63,113 bases of DNA, filler included, from Octopus bimaculoides (GCF_001194135.2; 8 parts of 6 records of this genome joined end to end with filler, not necessarily neighbours in it), one strand, 5' to 3'. Positions 38,848 through 50,834 are shown, numbered from the whole stretch's first letter. The notes: a model not told the origin generated them from the letters alone. Numbers and translations: made by a program.

Positions 38848-41198
38848 AAATGTATAAAGAGCCTGTATGGCTATCTTACAATGTGCTTTCATTTGCTCCC
38901 AGTTTGTTCATCTGCTTAATGGTCTATGCAGCTTTATTGAAGCTGTTGTACATTGTTGTAGTCTGAAACGATCTAAACGTATGCTGGCTTAGGTAGTATT
39001 ATATTTCAGGTAGTATTATATATAAAACTACTTAGGTAGAATTATATATTCAGAGACAATAGTCTCTGAATGCATGAATTTGAGGGGAACATTTAGAAAC
39101 CTGACAGGGCTATAAAAATGCGTTTTATTATCCTCGGTAAACTGTTTTTAATTCAACAGATCAAACCTATGATTTACCCATTGGATGAAATAGATCGAGA
39201 GTGTCTACATCAAATTATCTTAGGTTGTTCCTTACCATTCGATGCGTTTAGCCATAATTTAGATTATAAAGGAGTGCTTGAACGGTACTCGCTTTTTCAT
39301 TGTATTATAAATTTTCGTAGCAGAAAGTCACGTAAGCGATCTAAATGTCGAGTGGCCAAGAAGATACCATATTTGTCTATATAAAATTTTTCGTCCAGTT
39401 TTTATTAAAAGCCTGACTTTTGTGAGCTCCAAATATCGATTCTTTACCATTCTAACCTGCATCGATTGTGACCACCAAGGTGTTACGTTGATCCTTTGAG
39501 CCTTTTCATCAATTTGCATTGTATTTTAATGTGAATGGAGCAAGACGTGTTCTTCCTCACCATTTTCGTTTGCTTCTCTTGAGATGTCTTCTTTCTGTTT
39601 CTGTGGGTTTGGTCTATTTCTCTTTCTTGCCTATCAAGTAGGGTGCTACCATGCCTATACAGCAGGGTGCTACCATGTTTACATTCTGTTTGGTATTTAT
39701 TGTCAGAAGGCAATCGTGAGCTGTGGCTAATTATGACGCGAGAAATAGTGATTTGGCTTTCTAGTCGGTTTATGTGAAGACAGACAAATGAACGAGTCAA
39801 AAGAAATAAGTCAAAAGAAATTCATTGAATGAAACCGTCCAAAATATCAAAGGGAAATATGAGCAAAATAAACAAACTTAACAAATGACAAAATATCAAG
39901 AGACCATCGTCTTTCAAAGATTTTAATCACCTAAAAGTCGAAACATTTCAAGAGAAAGAAAAAAATTAATTAAAAGCAAGAATTTACGCAAGGCTTCGGA
40001 AGTTGATCAGTTTTAACAAATTTAACAAAAGTCATTAAATTTCAAAGAAATTCTGAAGAAAATCACAACAAAATTACAAGTTTGAAAAAATAAACACTTG
40101 AAACATAAATGATAGATTTAGTTTTTTCGGAAAATATCCAACTTTTGCTGGTTAATGCGATATGATTTTTAAACCACTTTAACAAAATACGCCAACCACA
40201 TATGCAAAGTATGTTGACATTAGCACAAATGTGACAAAGATTTTTCAGAAAAAAGATTCTCTTTTTAAAAGAATTTCAGACTTATTTCATTTCAAATAAA
40301 CATCGTGGACATTAGATATTTTTGTCAAGGCCACCAGTTATTCTTAATTATTTGTGATTGTTGACACCATATTTGCAATTATTTATTCATATTCTGGCAT
40401 AAGGCCCTAAGTGCAGTTAAAAAAAATCTCTGGTTGGTGCAAATTACCAGACATTAATTTGTAGTGTAGATACCAAGAATCAATGCCAAAAATAAAACTA
40501 TCATGAATAAATAAATGCAAAAATAAAATAATTTTCGGTGTGCAGCAGGGCTAATAATAGAGACGTAATAAAAGTGACTTGATATAGCCGCGCCTAAAAT
40601 CTGTGCCATTAGAGTATTATATCATGTTTACTAAGCTTTATTTATGTATTGTCGTGTTTTTGTTTTTTTATTAACAATCGACAAAAGCTACGCAGTGATT
40701 CAGGGGCTGAGAATTACTTGCATTGGAAATTGTCAAACTTTGTAATTATGAATAAAAAAAACGCGTGTGTGTATATATATATATATACTCAAGTTATGTG
40801 TTCTATTTTCCTCTTTAGATCACCAAACGTATTTATGTATATTTCTATCTCCAGAGCTTCATCATAGATGCCCTAGATTCCTCCTGCCACTTTCTAACTT
40901 TGGTTAGTCGTGGTCATGTAGGCCTCATGTATCCCGTGAGGTCATCTCGCCAGCTTATCTTTTGTCGGCCACTTGATATTGTCTATTGTCTTGGTATTCC
41001 TTCTTGGATATAGTTATTTTATATTTTTATTCATGTGTTTTTAGAGGTAGAATTAATATAATGTGTACTGTTTATTTAAGTGCTAAAATATTTTCCTAGA
41101 AATCCTAAGTTATCACTGGCGATTTCTCTCTTATTCCCTTCTGTTCGCCTCAGGCTCATAACAAAATATATTACTGAAACTTCATTTTTATAAACTAT

Positions 41199-41281
<83 letters not shown>

Positions 41282-41433
41282 AAGTGAGTAGACAAACGAA
41301 AGAAGGGCAGTCAATATATTTATTGCGAGTTACGAGTATGGATCAAAACAGTTTGATTCAGACTCTAATGGCCGAAGACTAGCGACACGCTTGAAACTCA
41401 GAGTACCAAGGAGTTTTGATGTATACATATATA

Positions 41434-41533
41434 NNNNNNNNNNNNNNNNNNNNNNNNNNNNNNNNNNNNNNNNNNNNTTAATTAATTAANNNNNNNNNNN
41501 NNNNNNNNNNNNNNNNNNNNNNNNNNNNNNNNN
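41434..41533. other. Artificial scaffold spacer
   Basis: N44-TTAATTAATTAA-N44. Confidence 0.95.
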
Positions 41534-41576
<43 letters not shown>

Positions 41577-43046
41577 CTATCTCTCTATGTCTTTCTATAT
41601 CTCTCTATCCATCTCTATCTTTATATCTATATCTCTCTCTGTATCTGTCTATATCTTATCTATATTTATCTTTTTTGTTTTAACTAGCTAGCTCTCTCTC
41701 TCTCCCTCTCTATATCTCACTCACTCTTTATTGTTTTCACTTTCATTTTTCAGACGCTATTGTTTTCACTGTAGGTTTTCATTCGCTATTTACAAACGAA
41801 AAACGACAAATTACTGACAGAATGAAGTTCGCAAATTACTGATGAAAGTAATTTCATACATAATTTACTGACAGAAGTAACTTCATAAATTTCACTTCAA
41901 TCCGTACACTTAGTTAATTTTCCTAAAGATTTCTTATTTACTTTTGTAACGGTTTTATGTTTTTCTGTTGTTAACGACTTTTTTCTGGTTCCTTCGATAC
42001 TGGCTCTGTGGTTCATTGACAAATTTCGATTTAACCCGTGCAATTCTTTATTTTCTGTTAAAATTTCTTATTTACTTTATGCCCGTTGTATTAAAAAATA
42101 TAATTTTCGTTACCCAGTTATTTTTATTGTTTACTATCTTCTGCACCCGAGTATTTCTGTATACGTATATAACCATGCCTAGAAGGAAAGGTCAAACTTG
42201 TCTACCATGTCAAGGTCAGCCAAAAGAATATCTCTGTCCAGGTAAAGAGAGACAGCTGCAGAAAGGGAAACATACCAAGAAACAAACAGACTGCGCACTA
42301 CAAAAGCCAGAACAGTTGTATGCACGGCTGACAAGGAATAGGATCTCCACTTCAGGACGAAGAGCAGTTGCAACAGCTCAGAGAGGCAACTTCTATGAAG
42401 CAGCTTTCAATTATGATCCAGCAGTTCATTATGCAAATGATACTAGAGTTTCCATTGGTGCAATGACAACTGAGTGCATACATTGTAAAGCAAGGAAGTG
42501 GCCTGGAGAGACACCTGCACTGCGCTGCAATGGTGGAAAGGTTAAACTCTCTGCAATCCCCAAGCCTCCAGACATATTGAAGAAACTGTTGTCATCAACT
42601 GACCAAGATTCCAAGCACTTTCAAAACAAAATTAGACAATACAACGCTGCTCAACAGATGACATCATTTGGAGCCACAATAGATTTAACTAAGTCAGGAT
42701 TCATGCAAACTTTCGAGATCCAAGGTCAGATTTATCATTGGATTGGCTCTCTACTACCTCTATCAAATGAATCACCAAAATCGGCCTTTCATTGTTTATA
42801 ACCTGTACCTATTTTTGTTTTTTGTTTTTTTTTGGTTACGAAGTAAGCTACACAAGACGTTTTTGAATTACTTTATATACATGAGTTGAAAACTTACTTT
42901 TAACATTTCACTTAATGTCTGTGTTCTATGCTGGAATGGGTTGGAGAGTATCTCAGCTACTAGCAGTTGAGACCGACATAATCTAGACGGCGTTTTCAAA
43001 TTTCATTATTTTCTTTAACCCGGGCAATGCCGAATATTTCTGCTAG
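41534..43046 (+). mobile_element. Non-autonomous Helitron with truncated RepHel N-terminus
   Basis: FNYDP..., CIHCKARKWPGETPALRCNGGKVKL, FQNKIRQYNAAQQMTSFG, IQGQIYHWIGSLLP (Helitron N-terminal signature, about 42400-42790); 3' GC-rich hairpin remnant CCCGGGCAATGCCG at 43019-43032 and terminal CTAG (43043-43046) followed by T. 5' end not visible. Confidence 0.9.
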
Positions 43047-43186
43047 TATATATATATGTATATATGTATGTTGGTGTAATTTGTGTGTGTGTGTGAGTAA
43101 CTTATGTGGGTGTAATTATAGTTTTTGTCTGGGGTGGGTGTTCTAGTGCACGTGGTGTTGTTGTTGTTGGAGGTTGTTTGTACGTT

Positions 43187-44525
43187 TTATTGATGCTGTT
43201 GTGGTTTCGGCTTCCGAGCACCTCTCCTTCTTAATCGATTGTTCTTCGCTATTTTTCCTCTGCCTTTTTTTCTTTTTAGTATTTGGGCGGACATTTTGCC
43301 ATTCCCCTTTCCCGCTCTAAGTACCTGACGAGTCCGATTGTCTTGGTCGGGAAAGGGGCCGTCTTGTAGGTCTTTCACTGGTGCTGCTGTTGATGGTGGT
43401 GCTGATGGTGTTGGTGGTGTTTCCTTGGTACCATGGTTCGGCGGCTCTGCTGCTGTTGCTGGTGTTGATAGTACTTCCTTCACCGAGGCCGCCATGGGCT
43501 CCACCACTGCTTTTTACTGTTGATGGTGGTGGTGGCTTCCCAGTGGTGTCCTTTGGTTGCCTCGCTGCTACTGCTGATGGCGCTAAAGCCGCCCTTGGTA
43601 CATTCACCAGTGCTCCCTGTTGCTGTTGCTGCGCTGGAGGTGACACTGACTCTGTTCTTGATAGTGGGGCTGTCCTCTCTTTGGGGAATGTGACCCTTAA
43701 GTGGTTTACCTCACCACAGCGGTAATACCTAGGCTGCTTGACCTCAACGACCACATGCAAGTTCGACCCACCTGGTAGTCTAATGGAGGCCGGGATGGAG
43801 TTTAGACCTACTTGTTCGATTTGAACAAGGAGCTCCATCCCTTGTCCCATCCAATTCTCCTGGTGGACTTTGTACAGCTTCAGAACTGTGGTAATCTCCT
43901 CTATTTCCAAGAGGACTGCCATCATTAACCAACAAATGTTTAGCTCTGGGGTCACTTGGTTAATTTTAATTTTTGTTACTCGTCGACCCATGTCGGTGGA
44001 AACGAGTAATAATACTTCTATTTTTAAAGGTACTATGGAGTGTTGTATTGCTTCATGTTCTGTGGCAAAACGTACCTCCACAGTACCGAACCACTTTCCC
44101 CTTGTTACATATGTATTCTGGTCCCAGATGGGCCTCAGGGCTATTTCCAGTTGCTGCTGGGGGTCGTGTTCGACTCTATTATTTTTTGTGTTTAGGCATC
44201 TGTAACTAATTGTTCTTTTGTTTGTCGTTTTTTATGAGTTCCTGGGGTGGATTGAGAAAAACAGTTACCTTGCTTTGTCAATAGATTGTTAGACTCCTCA
44301 ATTTCTTTAGGTGAAAAATTCATCAACTGTTTAACTTGTTTCGTCGCTAAGGCGAAACCGTTTCCATTAGTTTTGTCATTTTTATTTTCCTTGTTTGCGG
44401 TAGTGGTGTCCTTCTTTTCCTCTTCTTTTCTCTTCTCTTTCTCTGTTGTAGCAAGTGTGGTGGGGAGGGTGGGGAAGTCTTCATTGAACCCGGCCGTCCA
44501 ACTCACTGCCACTGCATGCCGTCAT
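43187..44525 (-). mobile_element. ORF1/gag-like element (RRM-like domain plus decayed CCHC knuckle), frameshifted, no ORF2 seen
   Basis: Joins ORFs 44192-44512 and 43317-44081: TISYR...RGKWFGTVEVRFATEHEA (RRM-like), VVVEVKQPRYYRCGEVNHLRVTFP (decayed CX2CX4HX4C), Pro/Thr-rich region and basic C-terminus in the neighbouring frame (43187-43507). Confidence 0.7.
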
Positions 44526-44808
44526 TGTTGTTTTTTCGAAGAAAAAAATTGTATCTTTGCCCCCAAAATGGGGCTTTTTCAATATAGAACCAGCTCTCCC
44601 TAGTAGGATAGGTGGTTAACAAAACAATATAAACGGTAACGAAGAAATTTTCGAAATAACGGAGTTAGCAAAAACACATCTGAACAGTTTCAGTTCAGGA
44701 ACAATAGTGGTGGTGAGGGCGGGGAAGTCCTCTTCGAACTGGCTGTTCAACTTCCCGCTCTCACTCCTTCGCTCAGTCGCCATTGTTGTTTTTTATTTTT
44801 CGAAAATT

Positions 44809-44908
44809 NNNNNNNNNNNNNNNNNNNNNNNNNNNNNNNNNNNNNNNNNNNNTTAATTAATTAANNNNNNNNNNNNNNNNNNNNNNNNNNNNNNNNNNNN
44901 NNNNNNNN
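44809..44908. other. Artificial scaffold spacer
   Basis: N44-TTAATTAATTAA-N44. Confidence 0.95.
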
Positions 44909-45600
44909 ACTGTGGTGTAACTCCTGTTTATGAGGTAGAAACTCCTTGATATTTTGGGTATTTGAGTATATATAAAAATTTAATGAATGGAGTAAACGCA
45001 TATTATAACTGCATACTTTTATTCCGACATATGTTTCGAAGAATTACAATTTATGCGATTCATAGGAATCAGCGATGTTAAAATTGCAAACTTCTCCTCA
45101 GGGAAATGTATGAGAACCAGCTTAAACGCAAGACATTATAACCGAATATGAGAACTATAGTTGGAGAAGGTTACAACGTAATTCATTTGAAAAAACCGTT
45201 GGAGATTAGGACGCTACCAGATAGTACGTTGGACAAGAAGGGAAGAAAAGAAGAAAAGAAAAAAGAAAAAAAGAGAAAGAAAATTCAGAGTGTAGAGTTG
45301 GGAGAAGATAGGATGATATAAATCCGATAAAAATTGGAGAGGAATGTTATGTAATAAAAAGGGATCATAAATGGGGTTAATCTTGTGTATGTATATATAC
45401 GTACACTTACTGTTAACAAAAGTCGAGATGCATGGTGTTCAGTTTAGAAATGAAAAATGCATTAAATACTACAATACGTACACGTAGGACAGACACAGAA
45501 GAAGCATAATTCTTCATCAGTTTCGTACCTTTAAAGATAAGACTGAGAACTTCGTATATCGATGACACCCGCAAGATTTGCGTAGAATGAGGGCTCAAGC
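44909..45600 (-). mobile_element. Penelope-like element 3' / pseudo-LTR segment
   Basis: Carries a hammerhead motif; flanks homologous to 53400-53610; possible ORF C-terminus FISKLNTMH at about 45420-45460, repeated at about 46075-46150. Confidence 0.6.
45022..45105 (-). ncRNA. Type I hammerhead ribozyme motif, intact core
   Basis: UUCC | CUGAGGA | GAAG..49 nt..CUUC | GAAA | CAUAUG | UC | GGAA: stem I UUCC/GGAA, stem II GAAG/CUUC, stem III AC/GU with self-complementary ACAUAUGU, GUC cleavage triplet. Confidence 0.85.
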
Positions 45601-45995
45601 AAATAAGACGATACAGGGCGGACGTACGAAAGTAAACAAATGTAATTTGAAACGATAGACGAAAGCAATAAATTTGTCAACATCGACACTATTAGCTCCC
45701 TTTCGGCCAAACACGAGGATGGTGGGTAACACCTAGAAGAAATCCTTAAATAGATATAAAAAATAGAGAATTAGTAAGAGAGGAGAAAAAGTTAACAGGC
45801 ACGTTAGGTGTCCGGTGGTGAAAAAGCAGAGATGGGGAAATTAGTCACAGGTCACGTGTGAGCAGTAGATAGAAGGGAAGGAGAATGAAAGAGGGAGAGA
45901 GAGAACACCGAAGGGAAGGGAGAAAGTCTACAATTAAGTGTGAGAAGACGAGAGAGAGGGGGAAAGGAAGTAGGGATGTTAGGAAAAAATATTAG

Positions 45996-46045
<50 letters not shown>

Positions 46046-46389
46046 AGAAAGAGTCGCAAAAAATATATAAAAATTTACTGTCAACAAAAGTCGGGATGCG
46101 CGGCGTTCAGTCACTCAATAAATGAAAAATTCATTAAATATTACATTATCAGTTCAAAGAACGAAAGAAAAAGAAAACAGAGAAAAAAAAAAAAAAGAAA
46201 AAAAAAAACCAACGTGAGAACGTGCACAAGCAATATATTAATTCGAACTCGGTGAAAGAAGAGAGTTGTTGTTAACGCTTTTCAAGCATAGCTCTTTGTC
46301 GGAAACAGGTAAGTCCAAAGAGAAAGAAAGAGAAATAAAGAAAAAACGCCAACAGTCCACGTGCGGTTGCATTTATTTATATGTATATG

Positions 46390-47960
46390 GAGTAACTTTA
46401 TATTAAGGAGTGAAACGTACAAGTTTCTGTAAGTCAGACTGCGTCATAGTACCAACATACAAAATAGAAAAGGTGTTGTCCCAGACGATGACGAGGGAGA
46501 TGTGCTTGAATTGCTACTCTGACTCGCCTGGCTTGCGCTTGCAGACAACCATCTTCGTCCCGATAGCGGTGAGCAGGGATATGGTTCAGAGGCAAAAAAA
46601 AACAAAAAAAAACGCCGGAGGGCTCCACTGCCACAAGCTCGACCATTCAGCTATCAGAAAGTGACTGACACCTTGATAGTTTGCTTTTCTCAGTCTCACG
46701 AGCAGCTGAACTCGGACTGGTAGCTGAACACATCGAGTTGCCGCTTGAGAAAGTGTCACAGCATGTGACATACCCGCTGGCTCGAGTTGGAAAGTGGTCT
46801 GCGGCGTCTAGACCAGGCTTCATGATTTTGTTAAGGTTGACATGGCGTGGAAGGCGACCAGCGCTAGACTGCTATGACAGTAGGCGGAGGCCGAAGTAAT
46901 CCGTAGTGGGTCAGCAGCGGAATTCATGGGGCTCACAGATCTGGAGGGCAAGTCTCTGTGAAACGCCAATGCGCAAACTGTTGCTATCAAGTTGAGTGCT
47001 AGTCACGAATAATGGTACCAAATTGAATCAAATTCCGTTGTGAAGCTCGGAGGCTGAGCGGAAACATGCTAGAGGTGCTGGTTAAGTTGGCGCACTAACT
47101 TGACCGATATCATGTTACACTGGATGGCGTCCCATTTCTTTTGAGAGGATCAGACGTCCGTAGAAGAGAGGGGGATAGACGTTAGCAGGGCGCAGGCCAA
47201 GTTAGCTTCATGAAGCATAGGCCACCTCGCCTTCCCCAATCACAGATGTTTGAGTTGTGTTGTGAAGAACCCTGTTAATGAGGACACAGAAAGAGATCAC
47301 CGACGAGAGAAAAGCCGACCGGGCCAGTGAGATTGGAATCGAAAGCCGAGGCCACCATATTTGATGGTTAAGGTAGCCTGTTATCATCCAGTATCATTAA
47401 ACCGAACGTTGCGTATTTCTTCGGCAGCTCGTTGGTTACAGGCATCGAGATCTGTGAAGAGAGACACGTGGCTGTAGCAAGAGCATTGCGGAGGGTGTAC
47501 AATAGCTTCGGCATGCCGAAGCAGTTCCTTAACAAGAACAGTGTTGGGTTGGCGTCGATCATATTCAGTCTGTCTGTTAATCTTTCAAGTTGGAGAACCT
47601 TAAACCTGATGGTGGACCGAGTGGCAGGTAGGTGGTAGACAGAGGCAGCAAAACCTTTTGAGTCGTAGCTGACGTTTACAACCTCCGACTTGGATGAGTT
47701 TATCTGGAGGCTGATCCACGCTAGAGCAAGTACCACTGATCGGAGATCGTGGGCAACCCTCTCTACTGACTCACCTATCGTTGCATCTTCGAGGTACCAG
47801 ACGTTGAAAGGAGCCGTGATGCTCCGAGCAGTACTGTCCACCCGGAGAGCGGATAGGAGGGAACCCAATGGATCACCCTGTCGAACGCCAGTTGAAGATG
47901 GCATGGCCGTATTTACGCTGAGGAACATGCTCGCCTTCACCTGAGTGGGGCAACAAGTTT
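46390..47960 (-). mobile_element. CRE-clade non-LTR retrotransposon, 3' half (RT, zinc finger, RLE), decayed
   Basis: SSTGVRQGDPLG, FNVWYLED, LLRNCFGMPKLLYTLR, SLRIGVSQRL..ICEPH, GRLPRHVNLN, VTCCDTF, AARETEKSK, VAVEPSGV, ISLVIVWDN (cf. SxAIxRGN). Confidence 0.85.
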
Positions 47961-47974
47961 TCACGCACGGAAGA

Positions 47975-49010
47975 GTTCCACTTGTAGCCCCTTATCAACA
48001 TTGCCATCTTGACTTAGCTTCAACTACGTGCCTATTTCCTTGATGGCTTTCTTTAGCTGTCTAAGTCCTGATATTTTGATTTCTTTATCTGGTGGGAAAT
48101 ATCGAGTCTGTCCTCTTAGAGCACTGTGAGTTCATCCACAGTGACTGTTTTTGTATTCCTCGGGAGCAGGAACATGTGTGGTCGGAGTGATGTTACCACT
48201 ATCTCCTCTGGGAAGATAAGCCTTTCCCTCAAGTCCACTTGCATTTCTCAGTCTGAGGATGAACGCAAAAGCCTTGAGCTTTTGTCACCTTCCATTAGGA
48301 ATTTAATACCTTTTGGTGGAGCAGGCTGGTGTTTTATTAGCCTTCAACCTTTACAGATTAGTCTATGTGAAAATTTCTGCAAGAACCTTATTATCTCTAC
48401 TTGTATCAGACTTCTTCCAGTGCCCTAGGGCATTCAATCAAAATGTGGTTCGGGGTGTGAAGTGTTGCTACATACTGCTTGCAGGACGGATCTTTTTTCA
48501 CTATCCCATCTTTTAAAGTTGCTTCGGGTTAGCAAGAGGTCAGTGACCGCACTAAGGAGGAAGGACAATCTTCCCTGATCAGTGCTCCAGACTGACTTCT
48601 ATGGCAGTGAATGCTCAGGTGCTTGGTCTCAGTACATCCATTGATCCCGGTGAGCAAGCCCTAGTGCCTTCCTCTGGCGAGCCTCCTCAATCGAATAACG
48701 GATTCTTTGCACTATGAGCTCTGTTTTGCCCCTGGTATTGGTGATTTTTCCACCTCTTGTTGCAATTGCCAAGTTTTGGCTATCTTTGACAGACTATCGC
48801 AAGAATCTCTTCGTGTTTGTAGTATTATCTGCTCCCTTTCTAACTTCCTGGAGTTTCCTTCTTCTGCTACACCTTACGGTCTTGACGAAGCCTGCTTTTA
48901 TGACTTTAAATTCCCTCACCACTGATGACATTGGTATGCGGGGTTTAGAGGTTTTGATGTACAGCAAATATGGTCACTGCAGTCTGGGTATGATACTATA
49001 CTGGAAGCAC
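47975..49010 (-). mobile_element. HERO-like (RLE-bearing) non-LTR retrotransposon C-terminal fragment, decayed
   Basis: SSVVREFKVIK, SFLLSAVTDLL, HILIECPRAL, MQVDLRERLIFPEEIVVTSLRPH, DELTVL*E, KKSKYQDL, matching the VDL..FP.EI..T.LRPD..ELTVPWE..K..KY series. Confidence 0.78.
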
Positions 49011-49259
49011 TATACTTTTATGTAGCTGGCTTTATGAACTACCCTTAATCAGTTTCCTAGTTGGGTTTTGGTGTCTTCAGCATAGCTTATACTCTTAAGA
49101 GTATGATCGTAACCATTGATCGATGTCAACCATTCGGAATTTCAGTTGTTTTTTTTAGTTTATCAAAACGTTGAGAGAATATGCTGAAAATGTCCATGTG
49201 TTAGTTAGAAATAAATGTTAGTACAGCGAATGGTATATATATAAATATATATATATAAT

Positions 49260-49465
49260 TTGTTCACAAGGGATGAAATTTCGGATGAGGGGGCTTGTCG
49301 ATAACATCGACCACAAAGCTCAACTTGTACTTATTTTGATCGTTCTCGAGAGGGCAATAGGCATAGTCGACCGCGGCGGAATTTGAACTCTGAAAATAAA
49401 ATGGAAAGAAATGCAGCTAAGCATTTTGTTCAGCGTGCGAACGACTCAACTAGTTCTCTGCCTTG
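49260..49465 (-). mobile_element. Family B SINE
   Basis: GTCGATAACATCGACC...CGGCGGAATTTGAACTCTGAAAA...GCGAACGACTC. Confidence 0.8.
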
Positions 49466-49884
49466 GTGGGTGGAAAGTAATTCTAAACCAGTTTTACTCA
49501 TACATAGAAATATGAATTATAATAAAAAGCTGTAACAATACACTGATTTATAACAAATGGCTCAAAATAGAAAACCATATACGATTATCTAATTACTGAA
49601 ATTTTATCTCTAATTATAGAAAGAGGAAGTACTGATTAATCTACAATCTGATCTTATATATTGCCAGTAGTTTCCACTTAAGATTACCCAGCGGATACCT
49701 GCATTCCTATTAGTCCAATAAAAGTTCTATTCTATTGCAGTTGAGATGAGAAAGCTTGGTAATGGTTGATTTCGGCTAGAGAGCTATTGATAAGATCTTC
49801 AGGTATTTCCTCGAAATAGTTACAATTTACCGGAAGATGTTTAGTGAAAACGCTTATTAACTGTTAATATGTAATGTTACATAC

Positions 49885-50085
49885 AGAAAGGCAAGCTGGC
49901 AGAATCGTTAGCACGCCGGACAAAATACTTAGTGGCATTTCATCCATCTGTACATTCTGAGTTGAAGTTCCGCCGAGGTCGACTTTACCTTTAATTTCTT
50001 TCTGGATCGATAAAATAAGTAAGTAACGAACTGATTTTCTTCCTAAAATTGCTCACCGTACGCAAAATTTTGAAACGAGTATGAA
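49885..50085 (+). mobile_element. Family B SINE
   Basis: GGCAAGCTGGCAGAATCGTTAGCACGCCGGACAAAAT...GAGTTGAAGTTCCGCCGAGGTCGACTTT. Confidence 0.88.
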
Positions 50086-50384
50086 ACGCAAGATTAAACT
50101 TATATTTACAATTAAGGAAAATGGTTTGCACATCGGTAAAAGAAAAAGAATACTGATGTGAAGTGACTTGAAATTTCTCGAATAAAGAGCAATAGGACGG
50201 AGTACAGTCTATCGAAATGGCAACTTGACTGACATTTATTGCATTCAACTCGCAAAAATTGTAAGACGAGACTGAAAGTCAGAACGCAACTAGACACCAC
50301 AAAGTGCTCGGTCTGCTATACAACCAATTCCGCTAATTCACCAAACTTATTAAAATATAAAAGTATTTCTTTTTTCATATTTTT

Positions 50385-50575
50385 GTAATATCATTTTCTT
50401 TCCACTATAGACACACGGCTTAAAGTATTGTAAGAGGAAGTTAGTCGATTACATCGACACTGAAACGGATGTAAAGCAAAATCGACCTCGGCAGAATTTG
50501 ATCTCAGAATATGAAACCAGAAGAAAAAGCTGCGATGCATTTTGTCCAGAGAGCTAACGAGTCTGCCGTCCGCCA
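50385..50575 (-). mobile_element. Family B SINE
   Basis: TAGTCGATTACATCGAC...GACCTCGGCAGAATTTGATCTCAG...CTAACGAGTCTGCC. Confidence 0.85.
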
Positions 50576-50582
50576 TCTTTAT

Positions 50583-50610
50583 TTATTTATTATTATTATT
50601 ATTATTATCA

Positions 50611-50674
<64 letters not shown>

Positions 50675-50744
50675 TACTATTATTACTATTCTTCTTCTTC
50701 TTCTTCTTCTTCTTCTTCTTCTTCTTCTTCTTCTTCTTCTTCTT

Positions 50745-50834
<90 letters not shown>

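Noticed and set aside
39328-39800. Minus-strand ORFs of 105 and 63 aa, possibly retroelement-derived
   Set aside because: No motif could be matched with confidence; left unassigned.
43325-43365. CTGACGA...GAAA on the plus strand as a hammerhead
   Set aside because: Stem II closes G-G, stem III and stem I do not pair; it lies antisense within the ORF1 coding region and is likely chance.
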